This document shows positions 9,701-16,030 of a DNA stretch of 24,000 nt, piece after piece. Position numbers and translations under genes: made by a program. The notes beneath the pieces are model-generated. The model saw only the letters and a list, made by a program, of their open reading frames with translations. It did no database searches and was not told the DNA's origin. How positions within the stretch are numbered: position 1 is the first letter of the stretch; the number at the start of each line of letters is the position of its first letter. Origin of the DNA: an uncultured bacterium (GTDB lineage: Bacteria; Patescibacteriota; Saccharimonadia; Saccharimonadales; Saccharimonadaceae); contig CAIJKY010000006.1 in NCBI GenBank assembly GCA_903821365.1, positions 1 through 24,000 of the forward strand, in the 5' to 3' direction.

Positions 9701-9736
9701 GCCGAAAGCTGGCACTGGTCAACCTCAGGAAATTAA
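6704..9736 (+). CDS. Large membrane-anchored T4SS-associated protein with a C-terminal peptidase M15 (VanY-like D-Ala-D-Ala carboxypeptidase/endopeptidase) domain
   Basis: 1010 aa. It has a charged N-terminal ~110 aa, one TM helix (IFVASISVFSVGSILAFSFLLPL) and a ~715-aa ectodomain I cannot assign. An Ala/Pro/Thr linker leads to a C-terminal domain with M15B motifs GGFRTYEQQ, GQHERGLAIDF (HxxGxAxD) and ESWHWS (ExWH). Confidence 0.8.
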   Translation: MPTTLPPGDKKHEDNRFARNVADDHERRITGGAFTEEEKRKIGDQAREEGRQTADMSRQQQLDALERNENPKASPVSKKDIAKQESAPWETNVNPEGPAKTKGPSKKRMKIFVASISVFSVGSILAFSFLLPLKLLHFIGNIDQAAAYVGDKAVGNWVENRLDFYIAARILATGGDGKVDGNKFDQYVCKGGNIACSMFKGWRLGKIEDKLGLKIESNRTGVGNTATKWKITHTESGQSVSGDGADVDGISREIETSSSNEFRRIIAERTESVSKYKFSYKRYATRKMLARKYDVRRWTGLLKPVGLDQKFDNALDKKNAFFKDIRKKLVKATVSKTNARNGLYIECLLGGDYDACKERLRQRSSGANGPDTANNGTDDTNAANEASQVDPDELVDEVSANGEADAVGKEAGKTVSKFLSKKVLASAVAGAGVIDIISSAVSATSDGTLSMIQADRAKVAYAGYYTELATSAHQLKFGDIDPEAYQALDGIMSGMEGSPVAQHQLGVNPTLGTASNPVKRDCNDGQGTVQLDVGEYTCTDKQIQQDVAGFQKFYATEVGQVITNINTIWKNTGHAIIQFFGQLLPVDWLVQKLLEALPVLKTAMADLVDAAVGWIFSTPVTGLETGPDAYDAMAAGGEVVNDSMLAEGQADDGTGMGMGAVPAAPKVAADYQRAYAEEKQVAYEKSSLADKIFNPDIQGSVADRVLMTTPTNIASIFTQPISLAASMLSYSPQAKAFQNIGDNIFHDDKYAWPLDPKDAAYNTDPTQINEATCDASRKFRNDSYEKRDGEIIPMYHEYDPCALEKVGAVAGSNTFTDAYKKDFDLNVGDAAAAAPTPTAQTGTPGQTKPLGSGFTLADGTDYTATPCAAGSTESRIYTHPIKAFKVRLCKVKSMEVASIISDKLVAMVNAAQAAGIDLNGGGFRTYEQQIEARKRNGCPADPTAASTTCRVPTAPPGTGQHERGLAIDFTAGGGTIGKSSAQYKWLTANAAKFGFINYPAESWHWSTSGN

Positions 9737-9744
9737 CGAGAAAA

Positions 9745-10992
9745 ATGATGCATAAAAAGTTACTCTATTTCAAAAAAGGCCTACTCGTACTCATCGCTTT
9801 GGTGTGCGCAAGCGCCAACGTTGCAACAGTACATGCTGCTGTGCCCACGCCAAATGACCAAAACGCCATCAATCTTGAGGCGCCATTCTACGACCCAAAC
9901 TTTGTTGACCAAAGTTGCACGGGCACTGTGCCTCCAGGTGGATCGGTCGGGGGTGCAGCCGGATCAACAGCAGCAGCAAACGTTGAAGCGTTTGTCGATA
10001 AATATGGCAAACAAGCTTTTGACGTTGGCAAGAAAAACGGCATTCCTTACGAAGCAATCTTGGCGCAAGCAATTCTAGAGTCAAGTTATGGAAAATCACA
10101 GCTCACTCAGCAGGCTAATAATTTCTTTGGCATCAAAGCTGGTTCGTCATGGACGGGCCCGACCGTCACTAAACGAACAGCCGAGCAAAAACCCGACGGC
10201 TCAGTGTATTACGTTGATGCTGCGTTTCGCGCTTACCCAAGTGCCGAAGCGGGATTTCAAGGCTATGCCGACTTTATTCGCGGCTCAGATCGCTATAAAA
10301 AAGCACTTGCATATCCTGGCGACCCAGTAAAGTACATACAAGCAATTAAAGATGCTGGCTACGCCACCGATGTCAGTTACGTTCAAAAGAATGTCACTAT
10401 TCAAGAAAAAGTAAAGTCTTACATCGCGAGTAAAAACCTCTTCCCACCATCGTCACAGGTAGTACCTGATGTCGCGGCGACCACCCCCGGCGTTGCCGCA
10501 CCAAATGTCTGCAGCTCCGCAGCCGCAGCGGGTGCAGGTGGCAGTGTCGTACAAGTTGCAATGGCAGAGCAAGCCGCCTGGAAAAAGGGGAGTGACTACC
10601 ACAAATATACACTTGGCGGCTCGGGCAACTGGTGTGCATGGTTTGTTTCATGGGTGTTTAAGCAAGCGGGTCGGCCAATGATCGCACCACCGAATGTTGG
10701 CCAGGTGCAGGGATGGAGTATTTCTTCAGTCGACAATATAAAAGCATACATGGTTGGCAAGAACGCTTTCAATGCTAAAGCAAACGCACCCGCACCAAAA
10801 CCCGGTGATATCGTTATTTACAAAGAAGGCATGAGCCACACTAACATCGTTGTTTGGTCGGATGGCTATATGGTTAAGACTATTGGTGGCAACCAAGCCT
10901 CAAATGACATCAATGCCAGCAGTGTCACCATCAGCCCAGCAGTCGATATTAGAAACTTAAGTGGCGTAACCGGATGGGGGACACTACCGTAA
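9745..10992 (+). CDS. Secreted bifunctional peptidoglycan hydrolase: GH73 N-acetylglucosaminidase domain + CHAP amidase/endopeptidase domain
   Basis: 415 aa. The signal peptide ends in ...ATVHA/AV. GH73 motifs are PYEAILAQAILESSYGKS, NNFFGIKA and AGYATDVSYVQK. An Ala/Pro linker follows. The CHAP domain has catalytic Cys in NWCAWFVSWVFKQAG and His in MSHTNIVV. This matches the PrgK/TcpG/TraG class of T4SS hydrolases. Confidence 0.85.
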   Translation: MMHKKLLYFKKGLLVLIALVCASANVATVHAAVPTPNDQNAINLEAPFYDPNFVDQSCTGTVPPGGSVGGAAGSTAAANVEAFVDKYGKQAFDVGKKNGIPYEAILAQAILESSYGKSQLTQQANNFFGIKAGSSWTGPTVTKRTAEQKPDGSVYYVDAAFRAYPSAEAGFQGYADFIRGSDRYKKALAYPGDPVKYIQAIKDAGYATDVSYVQKNVTIQEKVKSYIASKNLFPPSSQVVPDVAATTPGVAAPNVCSSAAAAGAGGSVVQVAMAEQAAWKKGSDYHKYTLGGSGNWCAWFVSWVFKQAGRPMIAPPNVGQVQGWSISSVDNIKAYMVGKNAFNAKANAPAPKPGDIVIYKEGMSHTNIVVWSDGYMVKTIGGNQASNDINASSVTISPAVDIRNLSGVTGWGTLP

Positions 10993-11693
10993 TGAAAAAT
11001 AAGAAACTACTTATTGTTGGTGGATTTTTGGTGCTGTTAGTGCTTATAGGACTTGGTTTTGCAGGCGTCCAGAGTTTTACGTTTCAGCTTGCAAAGAGCT
11101 ATCCTGACAACAACGGCACCCTTAACGTCGGCAATTCGATCATCTTAACCTACAATCGAGATATTCAGGACGGTGCCAAAATAACTGCTCCATTTACTTA
11201 CACAACGAAAGTTGATGGTGCCAAGTTATATGTCACCCCAAATGCCGAACTTGCACAGGATAGGCCTTACCAAATCACTGTTAGCGGCGTCAAAGAGAAG
11301 AATGGCAGTGCAGTGGCGGCAAATACAACATTGATTTTTAAAGTAGCAGCATTACCATTCAACACACTGCCAAAAGAACAGCAAGACGAACTGTCAAACA
11401 CTGATAATATTGAGTATCGGCTCAACCCAGTCAGTGCGATTCTGCCAATTGCCGAACTTGAATACGCGATCGACTCAGCCAAGCTCAACGGCAAATACTA
11501 CACCGTCATTACACCAGCAGCTACGCCAAGCGCCGGCCTGACTGAAGATGAGTATAATGCTGAATATAAACGCGAGTACGACGAAGGCGTCGCCTTGCTC
11601 AAAGAAAAAGGTTTTGACGCTAAAAAGGTAAATGCTATTAGCGATCAAGACTACGCAAAATTACAATCAAAGACCACCGAAGGTTCTGAATAA
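10992..11693 (+). CDS. Membrane-anchored protein with a bacterial Ig-like (Big_5/SbsA-like) domain; last gene of the T4SS-like operon
   Basis: The ORF is open from 10974. I prefer ATG 10992, which overlaps the upstream TAA (TAATG) and gives MKNKKLLIVGGFLVLLVLIGL, a signal-anchor. The segment YPDNNGTLNVGNSIILTYNRDI...YQITVSGVKEKNGSAV..TLIFKV fits the Big_5 Ig-like pattern. Function is unknown. Confidence 0.5.
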   Translation: MKNKKLLIVGGFLVLLVLIGLGFAGVQSFTFQLAKSYPDNNGTLNVGNSIILTYNRDIQDGAKITAPFTYTTKVDGAKLYVTPNAELAQDRPYQITVSGVKEKNGSAVAANTTLIFKVAALPFNTLPKEQQDELSNTDNIEYRLNPVSAILPIAELEYAIDSAKLNGKYYTVITPAATPSAGLTEDEYNAEYKREYDEGVALLKEKGFDAKKVNAISDQDYAKLQSKTTEGSE

Positions 11694-11696
11694 AAG

Positions 11697-12752
11697 TTAC
11701 AGCGCAATGATAGCGCCGCCGCTAATACCACTTGGCACATAGGTTGCCTCTGTGGTCGTCAGTATCATCTGATAGCCCCTCAGAAGGCTCGCCAAGGCCT
11801 CCTGGCGGGTACTATCAAGCTCACTCATCACATCATCAAGCAATAATAATGGTGATCGTCCACTTAGCTCAGCAAGCTGAGTAACTTCGATATGTTTCAT
11901 TGCTAGCATAAGACTTCGCTGTTCACCGCGCGACGCAGTACTCAAAGCGGGTTGATTATTTATTTTGATGTTAAAATCACTACGATGTGGCCCGATGGTT
12001 GTGTAGCCGCGACGAATATCCAAACCGCGTAACGATCGTAGAGCAGCGATAAAATCAGATTTTTCAGTCTGCTGACTGGTTTCGTAATCCACGCGTATAT
12101 CGTGCGGTGCACGCGCAATACGACTGTATTCTTCGCTCATTGATTGATTTAAAATTGCGACCACTTGATGACGGTAGCGTTCAATATGCGCCGCAGCCTC
12201 AGCCAGCGATACGTCCCAGACGAACAACTGATCATCAAGTTGCGCCTGCGACAAATCATAGGCTTGTTTGAGTAAGTTATTGCGCTGCAATAAAACGCGA
12301 TCATAACGGCGCAGAAGCGCGCCACCATCAAAGAACCATTGGCCAATCAAGGTATTCAAGAATAAACGCCGACGGGCAGGCGAACCAGACAATACACGTA
12401 GCATGTCAGGCTCGAACAGTACAACCGGCAACGCATCTTCACGCTTGAAGCGTTTCTTAGCCCCGCCATTAATCGATAATGTCTTGGGCGGTCTGATAGA
12501 CGATTCGTACCGCATGGTGCGTTCCTGGTCGTCGTAGACGCCGTCTAAGCGAAACCACTTGGCGTCGGTCTGCACTACGTCTTTGTCGGCCACACGAAAC
12601 GATGTACCAGTCGACAGCATATGCACCGCTTCGAGCAAATTGGTCTTGCCGATGCCATTAAGCCCAACGATGACATTCACTCCCTCGGAAAATTCAAAGA
12701 AACTATCGCTATATGAGCGGAAATTCTGTACACGCAGCGAAACAATAGCCAT
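11697..12752 (-). CDS. recF: DNA replication and repair protein RecF
   Basis: MAIVSLRVQNFRSYSD...GLNGIGKTNLLEA (Walker A), SRGEQRSLMLAMK signature and LLLLDDVMSELD (Walker B). It lies directly downstream of dnaN. Confidence 0.95.
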   Translation of the reverse strand: MAIVSLRVQNFRSYSDSFFEFSEGVNVIVGLNGIGKTNLLEAVHMLSTGTSFRVADKDVVQTDAKWFRLDGVYDDQERTMRYESSIRPPKTLSINGGAKKRFKREDALPVVLFEPDMLRVLSGSPARRRLFLNTLIGQWFFDGGALLRRYDRVLLQRNNLLKQAYDLSQAQLDDQLFVWDVSLAEAAAHIERYRHQVVAILNQSMSEEYSRIARAPHDIRVDYETSQQTEKSDFIAALRSLRGLDIRRGYTTIGPHRSDFNIKINNQPALSTASRGEQRSLMLAMKHIEVTQLAELSGRSPLLLLDDVMSELDSTRQEALASLLRGYQMILTTTEATYVPSGISGGAIIAL

Positions 12753-12773
12753 AGGGTTTAGATTACAATATTT

Positions 12774-13868
12774 CTACGACTTTAACGGCATGATGAGATG
12801 TAAATAGCTGTCATCATTCTTGGCACGAAGAATACAAGCAGCCAGCTTGCCACTAAAAGAGAAGGTGAGGGGAGAGTCGTCAATGCAACCTAGCCCTTCG
12901 ATAAGATAGCGGGAATTAAGCGTTACTTTACCATCGTTCGAAACAACGGCTGTCGCCTCGGATGTGTTTTCACCCAGTTGTGAGGCAATTGAATGAATTT
13001 TAACCGTACCGCTTTCGGCCGAAGCGTCGATTGTCACACCGCCGCCACTTTCGCGGGCGAACAAACTGGCGACTTTCGTGATGCGTACAAAATCGGGCTT
13101 GGCGATTTCGACAACCGTATCGTTGTCGCTGGGGATAAGCTGTCGATAGTCAACAAAGGTGCCATCGATTAGCTTGCTGGTGATTTCGATATCACCAAGA
13201 CGCAATCGGACCTGAGCTTCATCGAGCAAAACTTTGACCGTCGTTATGTCGTCGGTGAGTACGCGAACCGCCTCTGATAGGGCAGTGGCCGGGATGATCG
13301 CCGCGACTTCACCATCGAATTGCTTCAGCAACTGGCGTTCAGCGAGACGGTAGCCATCGGTTGCAGCCATGTACAATGCGCCGCCATGACTGTGCCAATA
13401 CACACCAGTCAGAATGGGGCGGGTGTCGTCGTGTGATGCAACCAAGGCGACTTGCTGGATAGCGCGCTTGAGCAGTTTTGCATCCAGCTCAAGTTCAATG
13501 GTCGTCTCAATACTTGGCAGGTCAGGGAACTCATCAGCTTGCATGCCATGGATCTTTGAACTATAGCCACCGCTTTTGATATTGAGCGTCGTGCCTTCGA
13601 GTATCATTTCGACATTACCCGCAGGCAAACTGGTGATGAAGTCACTCATCAAGCGTGCTGGGACAGTAAAGCCGCCGTTTTGCTCAACTTTACCGCCGAC
13701 GTATTCAGTGATTGCGATTTCCAGGTTAGTAGCTGCGAGGAGAAGTCGATTATTATCGGCTCTTAAGAGAATATTGCCAAGAATCGGTAATGACGTCTTG
13801 GCACTAGCAACACGACCAACAGTTGTTAAGGCGCTGGCGAGTTTTTCTTGGGTGACGGTTAGTTTCAT
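12774..13868 (-). CDS. dnaN: DNA polymerase III beta sliding clamp
   Basis: 364 aa. The N-terminus MKLTVTQEKLASAL..LPILGNILL..LLLAATNLEIAI is typical of DnaN. A GGAG SD is present. Position in dnaA-dnaN-recF synteny supports the call. Confidence 0.95.
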   Translation of the reverse strand: MKLTVTQEKLASALTTVGRVASAKTSLPILGNILLRADNNRLLLAATNLEIAITEYVGGKVEQNGGFTVPARLMSDFITSLPAGNVEMILEGTTLNIKSGGYSSKIHGMQADEFPDLPSIETTIELELDAKLLKRAIQQVALVASHDDTRPILTGVYWHSHGGALYMAATDGYRLAERQLLKQFDGEVAAIIPATALSEAVRVLTDDITTVKVLLDEAQVRLRLGDIEITSKLIDGTFVDYRQLIPSDNDTVVEIAKPDFVRITKVASLFARESGGGVTIDASAESGTVKIHSIASQLGENTSEATAVVSNDGKVTLNSRYLIEGLGCIDDSPLTFSFSGKLAACILRAKNDDSYLHLIMPLKS

Positions 13869-13883
13869 TCGGCAAAAGCTCCT

Positions 13884-13938
13884 TCTTTATTATGTATTCT
13901 TATTCTTTTATATAAATAATAGTAATAACAATAAGCCC
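13884..13938. promoter_or_regulatory. AT-rich DNA-unwinding-element candidate with a DnaA-trio-like array
   Basis: ttctttattatgtattcttattcttttatataaataatagtaataacaataaGCCC. Six in-phase trinucleotides, five of them TAA/TAG, abut a GC cluster and a DnaA box. Confidence 0.5.
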
Positions 13939-14141
13939 TGTGGATAGTGGGTAAAAGTGCCTATGTAGATCTGTTATTATGCACTTTTTGATGGTGGACA
14001 AACGGTGGGGTGACATGTGGGATAAACGGTGGACAAAGCCGATTAATGAACAGCCACCTACAATGTACATACCCTGTCCACACAAAAGGGGGATAGCCTC
14101 CCACAGCTTATGCCCCCTATTTACCACCATCTGCACACAGC

Positions 14142-14150
14142 TTATCCACA
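14142..14150 (+). promoter_or_regulatory. Perfect consensus DnaA box TTATCCACA
   Basis: Exact 9-mer read directly from the sequence. Confidence 0.75.
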
Positions 14151-14194
14151 TTCTGTTCGCAGGACTCAACAATGTTTCTGGCAATTGTCTATAT

Positions 14195-15628
14195 CTATCC
14201 ATACAGCAATTCTCTGATGTTTGCAACTTGCTGTCGCGTCATTTGATCGAGTTTTATACTTTTCTCAATCTTATCGACTGAATGGATAGCGGTTGTGTGG
14301 TCCTTGCGGCCGAGTTCGTTGGCGATGCGCGGGAAGCTGAGGTGCAATTCGCTACGGAGTAAGTACATTGCAATTTGTCGAGGGCCAACAATGTGTTTGT
14401 CGCGCTTTGGGCTCATCATCTCGGCGGGTTCAAGTTGGAAATGACGGGCAGTTTTTTCGACGATCTGTTTCGCTGTTAGATGGCGAGGTCGTGTCGTGCG
14501 AACATCAGTAATAAGACCGGCAGCAGTTTGCGCATCTGGCACCGAGCCGCTCATTTCGCAGTAGGTAAGGAGCTTATTGAGCGCGCCCTCGAGCTCGCGG
14601 ATGTTGGTCTGTATGTTGCTTGCGATGTACTCGATGGTCGCACGATCTAAGGTAACGTTATGACCAGCGGCTTTGGTTTGAAGGATGGCACAACGTGTCT
14701 CAAAGTCGGGTAACTGCATATCAATTGACATGCCCCATTCGAAACGGCTGCGAAGGCGTTCTTCAAGTGTTGGGATACTTTTTGGTGGTTGATCCGAGCT
14801 GATGATAATCTGTTTATTCGCCTGATGCAGCGCGTTAAAGGTGTGAAAAAAGCCTTCTTGTGTAGCCTGCTTGCCAGCGATAAATTGAATATCGTCGATA
14901 ATCAATACATCAACTTTGCGGTAGCGTTCAGCAAAGCCTTGTTTTTTGAAGCGGATACTATCGAGAAACTCGTTCACAAAGGTTTCGCAACTGGTGTAGA
15001 GAATACGAGACTCCGGGTCATTGCGCTTGATCTCGTTGCCAACGGCTTGGATAAGATGGGTTTTGCCAAGACCTACTCCGCCGTAAATAAAGAGAGGATT
15101 ACACTTTGTTCCAGGATGCTTGGCGGCTGCTTGGCTGGCGGCAAAGGCAAGCTCGTTGCTGCCGCCAACGATAAAGGTTTCAAATGTATAGCGGGCATTA
15201 AGTCCGCTGGGGTTGCCAGCACTTGTTGGCCGGTTAGTACGTGATGGTGCCTGGCCAGGACTGACGGCGCGTGAGGCATATGAATACTGGGTTGAATCTG
15301 GATTAGTGGGGAGCGGTGTCTCGTCGCGGGGCTTGGAGTTTGAACTCGTCTCGTTACTGGCATTGGTAGTTGTTTTGCGTGCTGCCGAAGAAATGACGTA
15401 CTCGATTGTTGCCACTTCTTTGCTTACTTTTTGCAAGATAGTAAGAATCTGCTGGTTGAATTTTGTTTGCATTTGTTCACGTGCAAAAATATTTGAGACG
15501 CCAACAACCGCTCGGCCATTATTTATTTCAATAAGCTCTGAGTTTTTAAACCAAGTGATATAACTACCGCGAGTGACCGATAGTTCAATTTCACCAAGCA
15601 CGCTCTGCCACACAGACGCTTCGTTCAT
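14195..15628 (-). CDS. dnaA: Chromosomal replication initiator protein DnaA
   Basis: 477 aa. It has an AAA+ Walker A (GGVGLGKTHL), Walker B (DVLIIDDIQF) and a C-terminal DnaA-box-binding helix-turn-helix region (...RKDHTTAIHSVDKIE...). An AAGGGG SD is present. Confidence 0.97.
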   Translation of the reverse strand: MNEASVWQSVLGEIELSVTRGSYITWFKNSELIEINNGRAVVGVSNIFAREQMQTKFNQQILTILQKVSKEVATIEYVISSAARKTTTNASNETSSNSKPRDETPLPTNPDSTQYSYASRAVSPGQAPSRTNRPTSAGNPSGLNARYTFETFIVGGSNELAFAASQAAAKHPGTKCNPLFIYGGVGLGKTHLIQAVGNEIKRNDPESRILYTSCETFVNEFLDSIRFKKQGFAERYRKVDVLIIDDIQFIAGKQATQEGFFHTFNALHQANKQIIISSDQPPKSIPTLEERLRSRFEWGMSIDMQLPDFETRCAILQTKAAGHNVTLDRATIEYIASNIQTNIRELEGALNKLLTYCEMSGSVPDAQTAAGLITDVRTTRPRHLTAKQIVEKTARHFQLEPAEMMSPKRDKHIVGPRQIAMYLLRSELHLSFPRIANELGRKDHTTAIHSVDKIEKSIKLDQMTRQQVANIRELLYG

Positions 15629-15711
15629 ACCCCTTAGACCCCTTTGTTGACCTTTTTCATACGCTCACTTATTGGCGCGTTCGTAGTCTTTATAGTAGCG
15701 CTTTTCGCTAG

Positions 15712-15824
15712 TTTTCCACAACTCTATAATCCTTGTAATAAACACTACTGTTGCAAAACGGGTTGTACACATCGTGCTTTCTCATCTGTAAAAGTGTGGA
15801 AAAGTCTTGGCGATAAGTGGAAAA
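15712..15824. promoter_or_regulatory. Second DnaA-box cluster in the dnaA-rpmH divergent spacer
   Basis: TTTTCCACA at 15712-15720, TGTGGAAAA at 15795-15803 (reverse complement TTTTCCACA), AGTGGAAAA at 15816-15824 (reverse complement TTTTCCACT), and a weaker TTGTACACA at 15763-15771. Confidence 0.5.
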
Positions 15825-15835
15825 CCTGGTATGAT
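15807..15835 (+). promoter_or_regulatory. Candidate sigma-70-type promoter of rpmH with an extended -10
   Basis: TTGGCG (15807-15812), a 17-nt spacer, then TGgTATGAT (TG at 15827-15828, -10 at 15830-15835). It lies 39 nt upstream of the rpmH ATG, which has an AGGAAG SD. Confidence 0.4.
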
Positions 15836-15874
15836 ACCATTATTACTAGAACTAAATATTAATAGGAAGCGTGT

Positions 15875-16012
15875 ATGCCAAAACGTACTCACCAGCCAAA
15901 GACGCGCCACCGCGCTAAAACTCACGGTTTTCGTGCTCGCATGTCGAGTCGCACCGGCCGCACAGTGTTAAAGCTACGCCGCCTAAAAGGCCGTAAACAA
16001 CTCACGGTGTAG
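15875..16012 (+). CDS. rpmH: 50S ribosomal protein L34
   Basis: Not in the ORF track because it is under 60 aa. My translation is [45 protein letters not shown], the canonical L34 sequence. It precedes rnpA. Confidence 0.95.
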   Translation: MPKRTHQPKTRHRAKTHGFRARMSSRTGRTVLKLRRLKGRKQLTV

Positions 16013-16030
16013 GTAGCTTGCATATCAGGC

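Larger units (their letters stand above)
13869..14194. other. Candidate oriC (dnaA-dnaN spacer): DnaA-box cluster + GC cluster + TAA/TAG trinucleotide array + AT-rich unwinding tract
   Basis: A perfect TTATCCACA lies at 14142-14150. Near-consensus boxes are CTGTCCACA (14074-14082), TGTGGATAG (13939-13947) and GGTGGACAA twice (13993-14001, 14028-14036). GCCC at 13935-13938 is preceded by TAA TAG TAA TAA CAA TAA (13917-13934). 13884-13934 is an AT-rich tract. The 326-bp non-coding spacer is in the classic oriC position. Confidence 0.7.

Noticed and set aside
10974-10991. Upstream ATG (10974) for the last T4SS-operon gene, giving MGDTTVMKNKK...
   Set aside because: It would overlap the CHAP hydrolase gene by 19 nt. 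ATG 10992 forms a TAATG stop-start overlap, has GGGGGA about 10 nt upstream and yields a canonical Lys-rich signal-anchor N-terminus. The longer form cannot be excluded.
24-11693. Interpretation of the T4SS block as an integrative conjugative element or prophage-like mobile element
   Set aside because: The window contains no integrase, recombinase, relaxase, replication gene, tRNA target or flanking direct repeat. The right boundary is 3 bp from recF. The left boundary is outside the window, so mobility cannot be formally excluded.
13900-14281. ORFs 13900-14226 (-) and 13979-14281 (+), 108 and 100 aa, in the dnaA-dnaN spacer
   Set aside because: They overlap each other and the DnaA-box/AT-rich origin region. 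Their composition is odd (Cys/His/Trp-rich), they have no SD, and one runs into the dnaA 3' end. They are best explained as chance ORFs in non-coding oriC DNA.
14789-15244. 151-aa + strand ORF, plus 15213-15563 (+) and 15073-15363 (-), inside dnaA
   Set aside because: These are antisense or alternative-frame shadows of a highly conserved dnaA reading frame and resemble no protein family.
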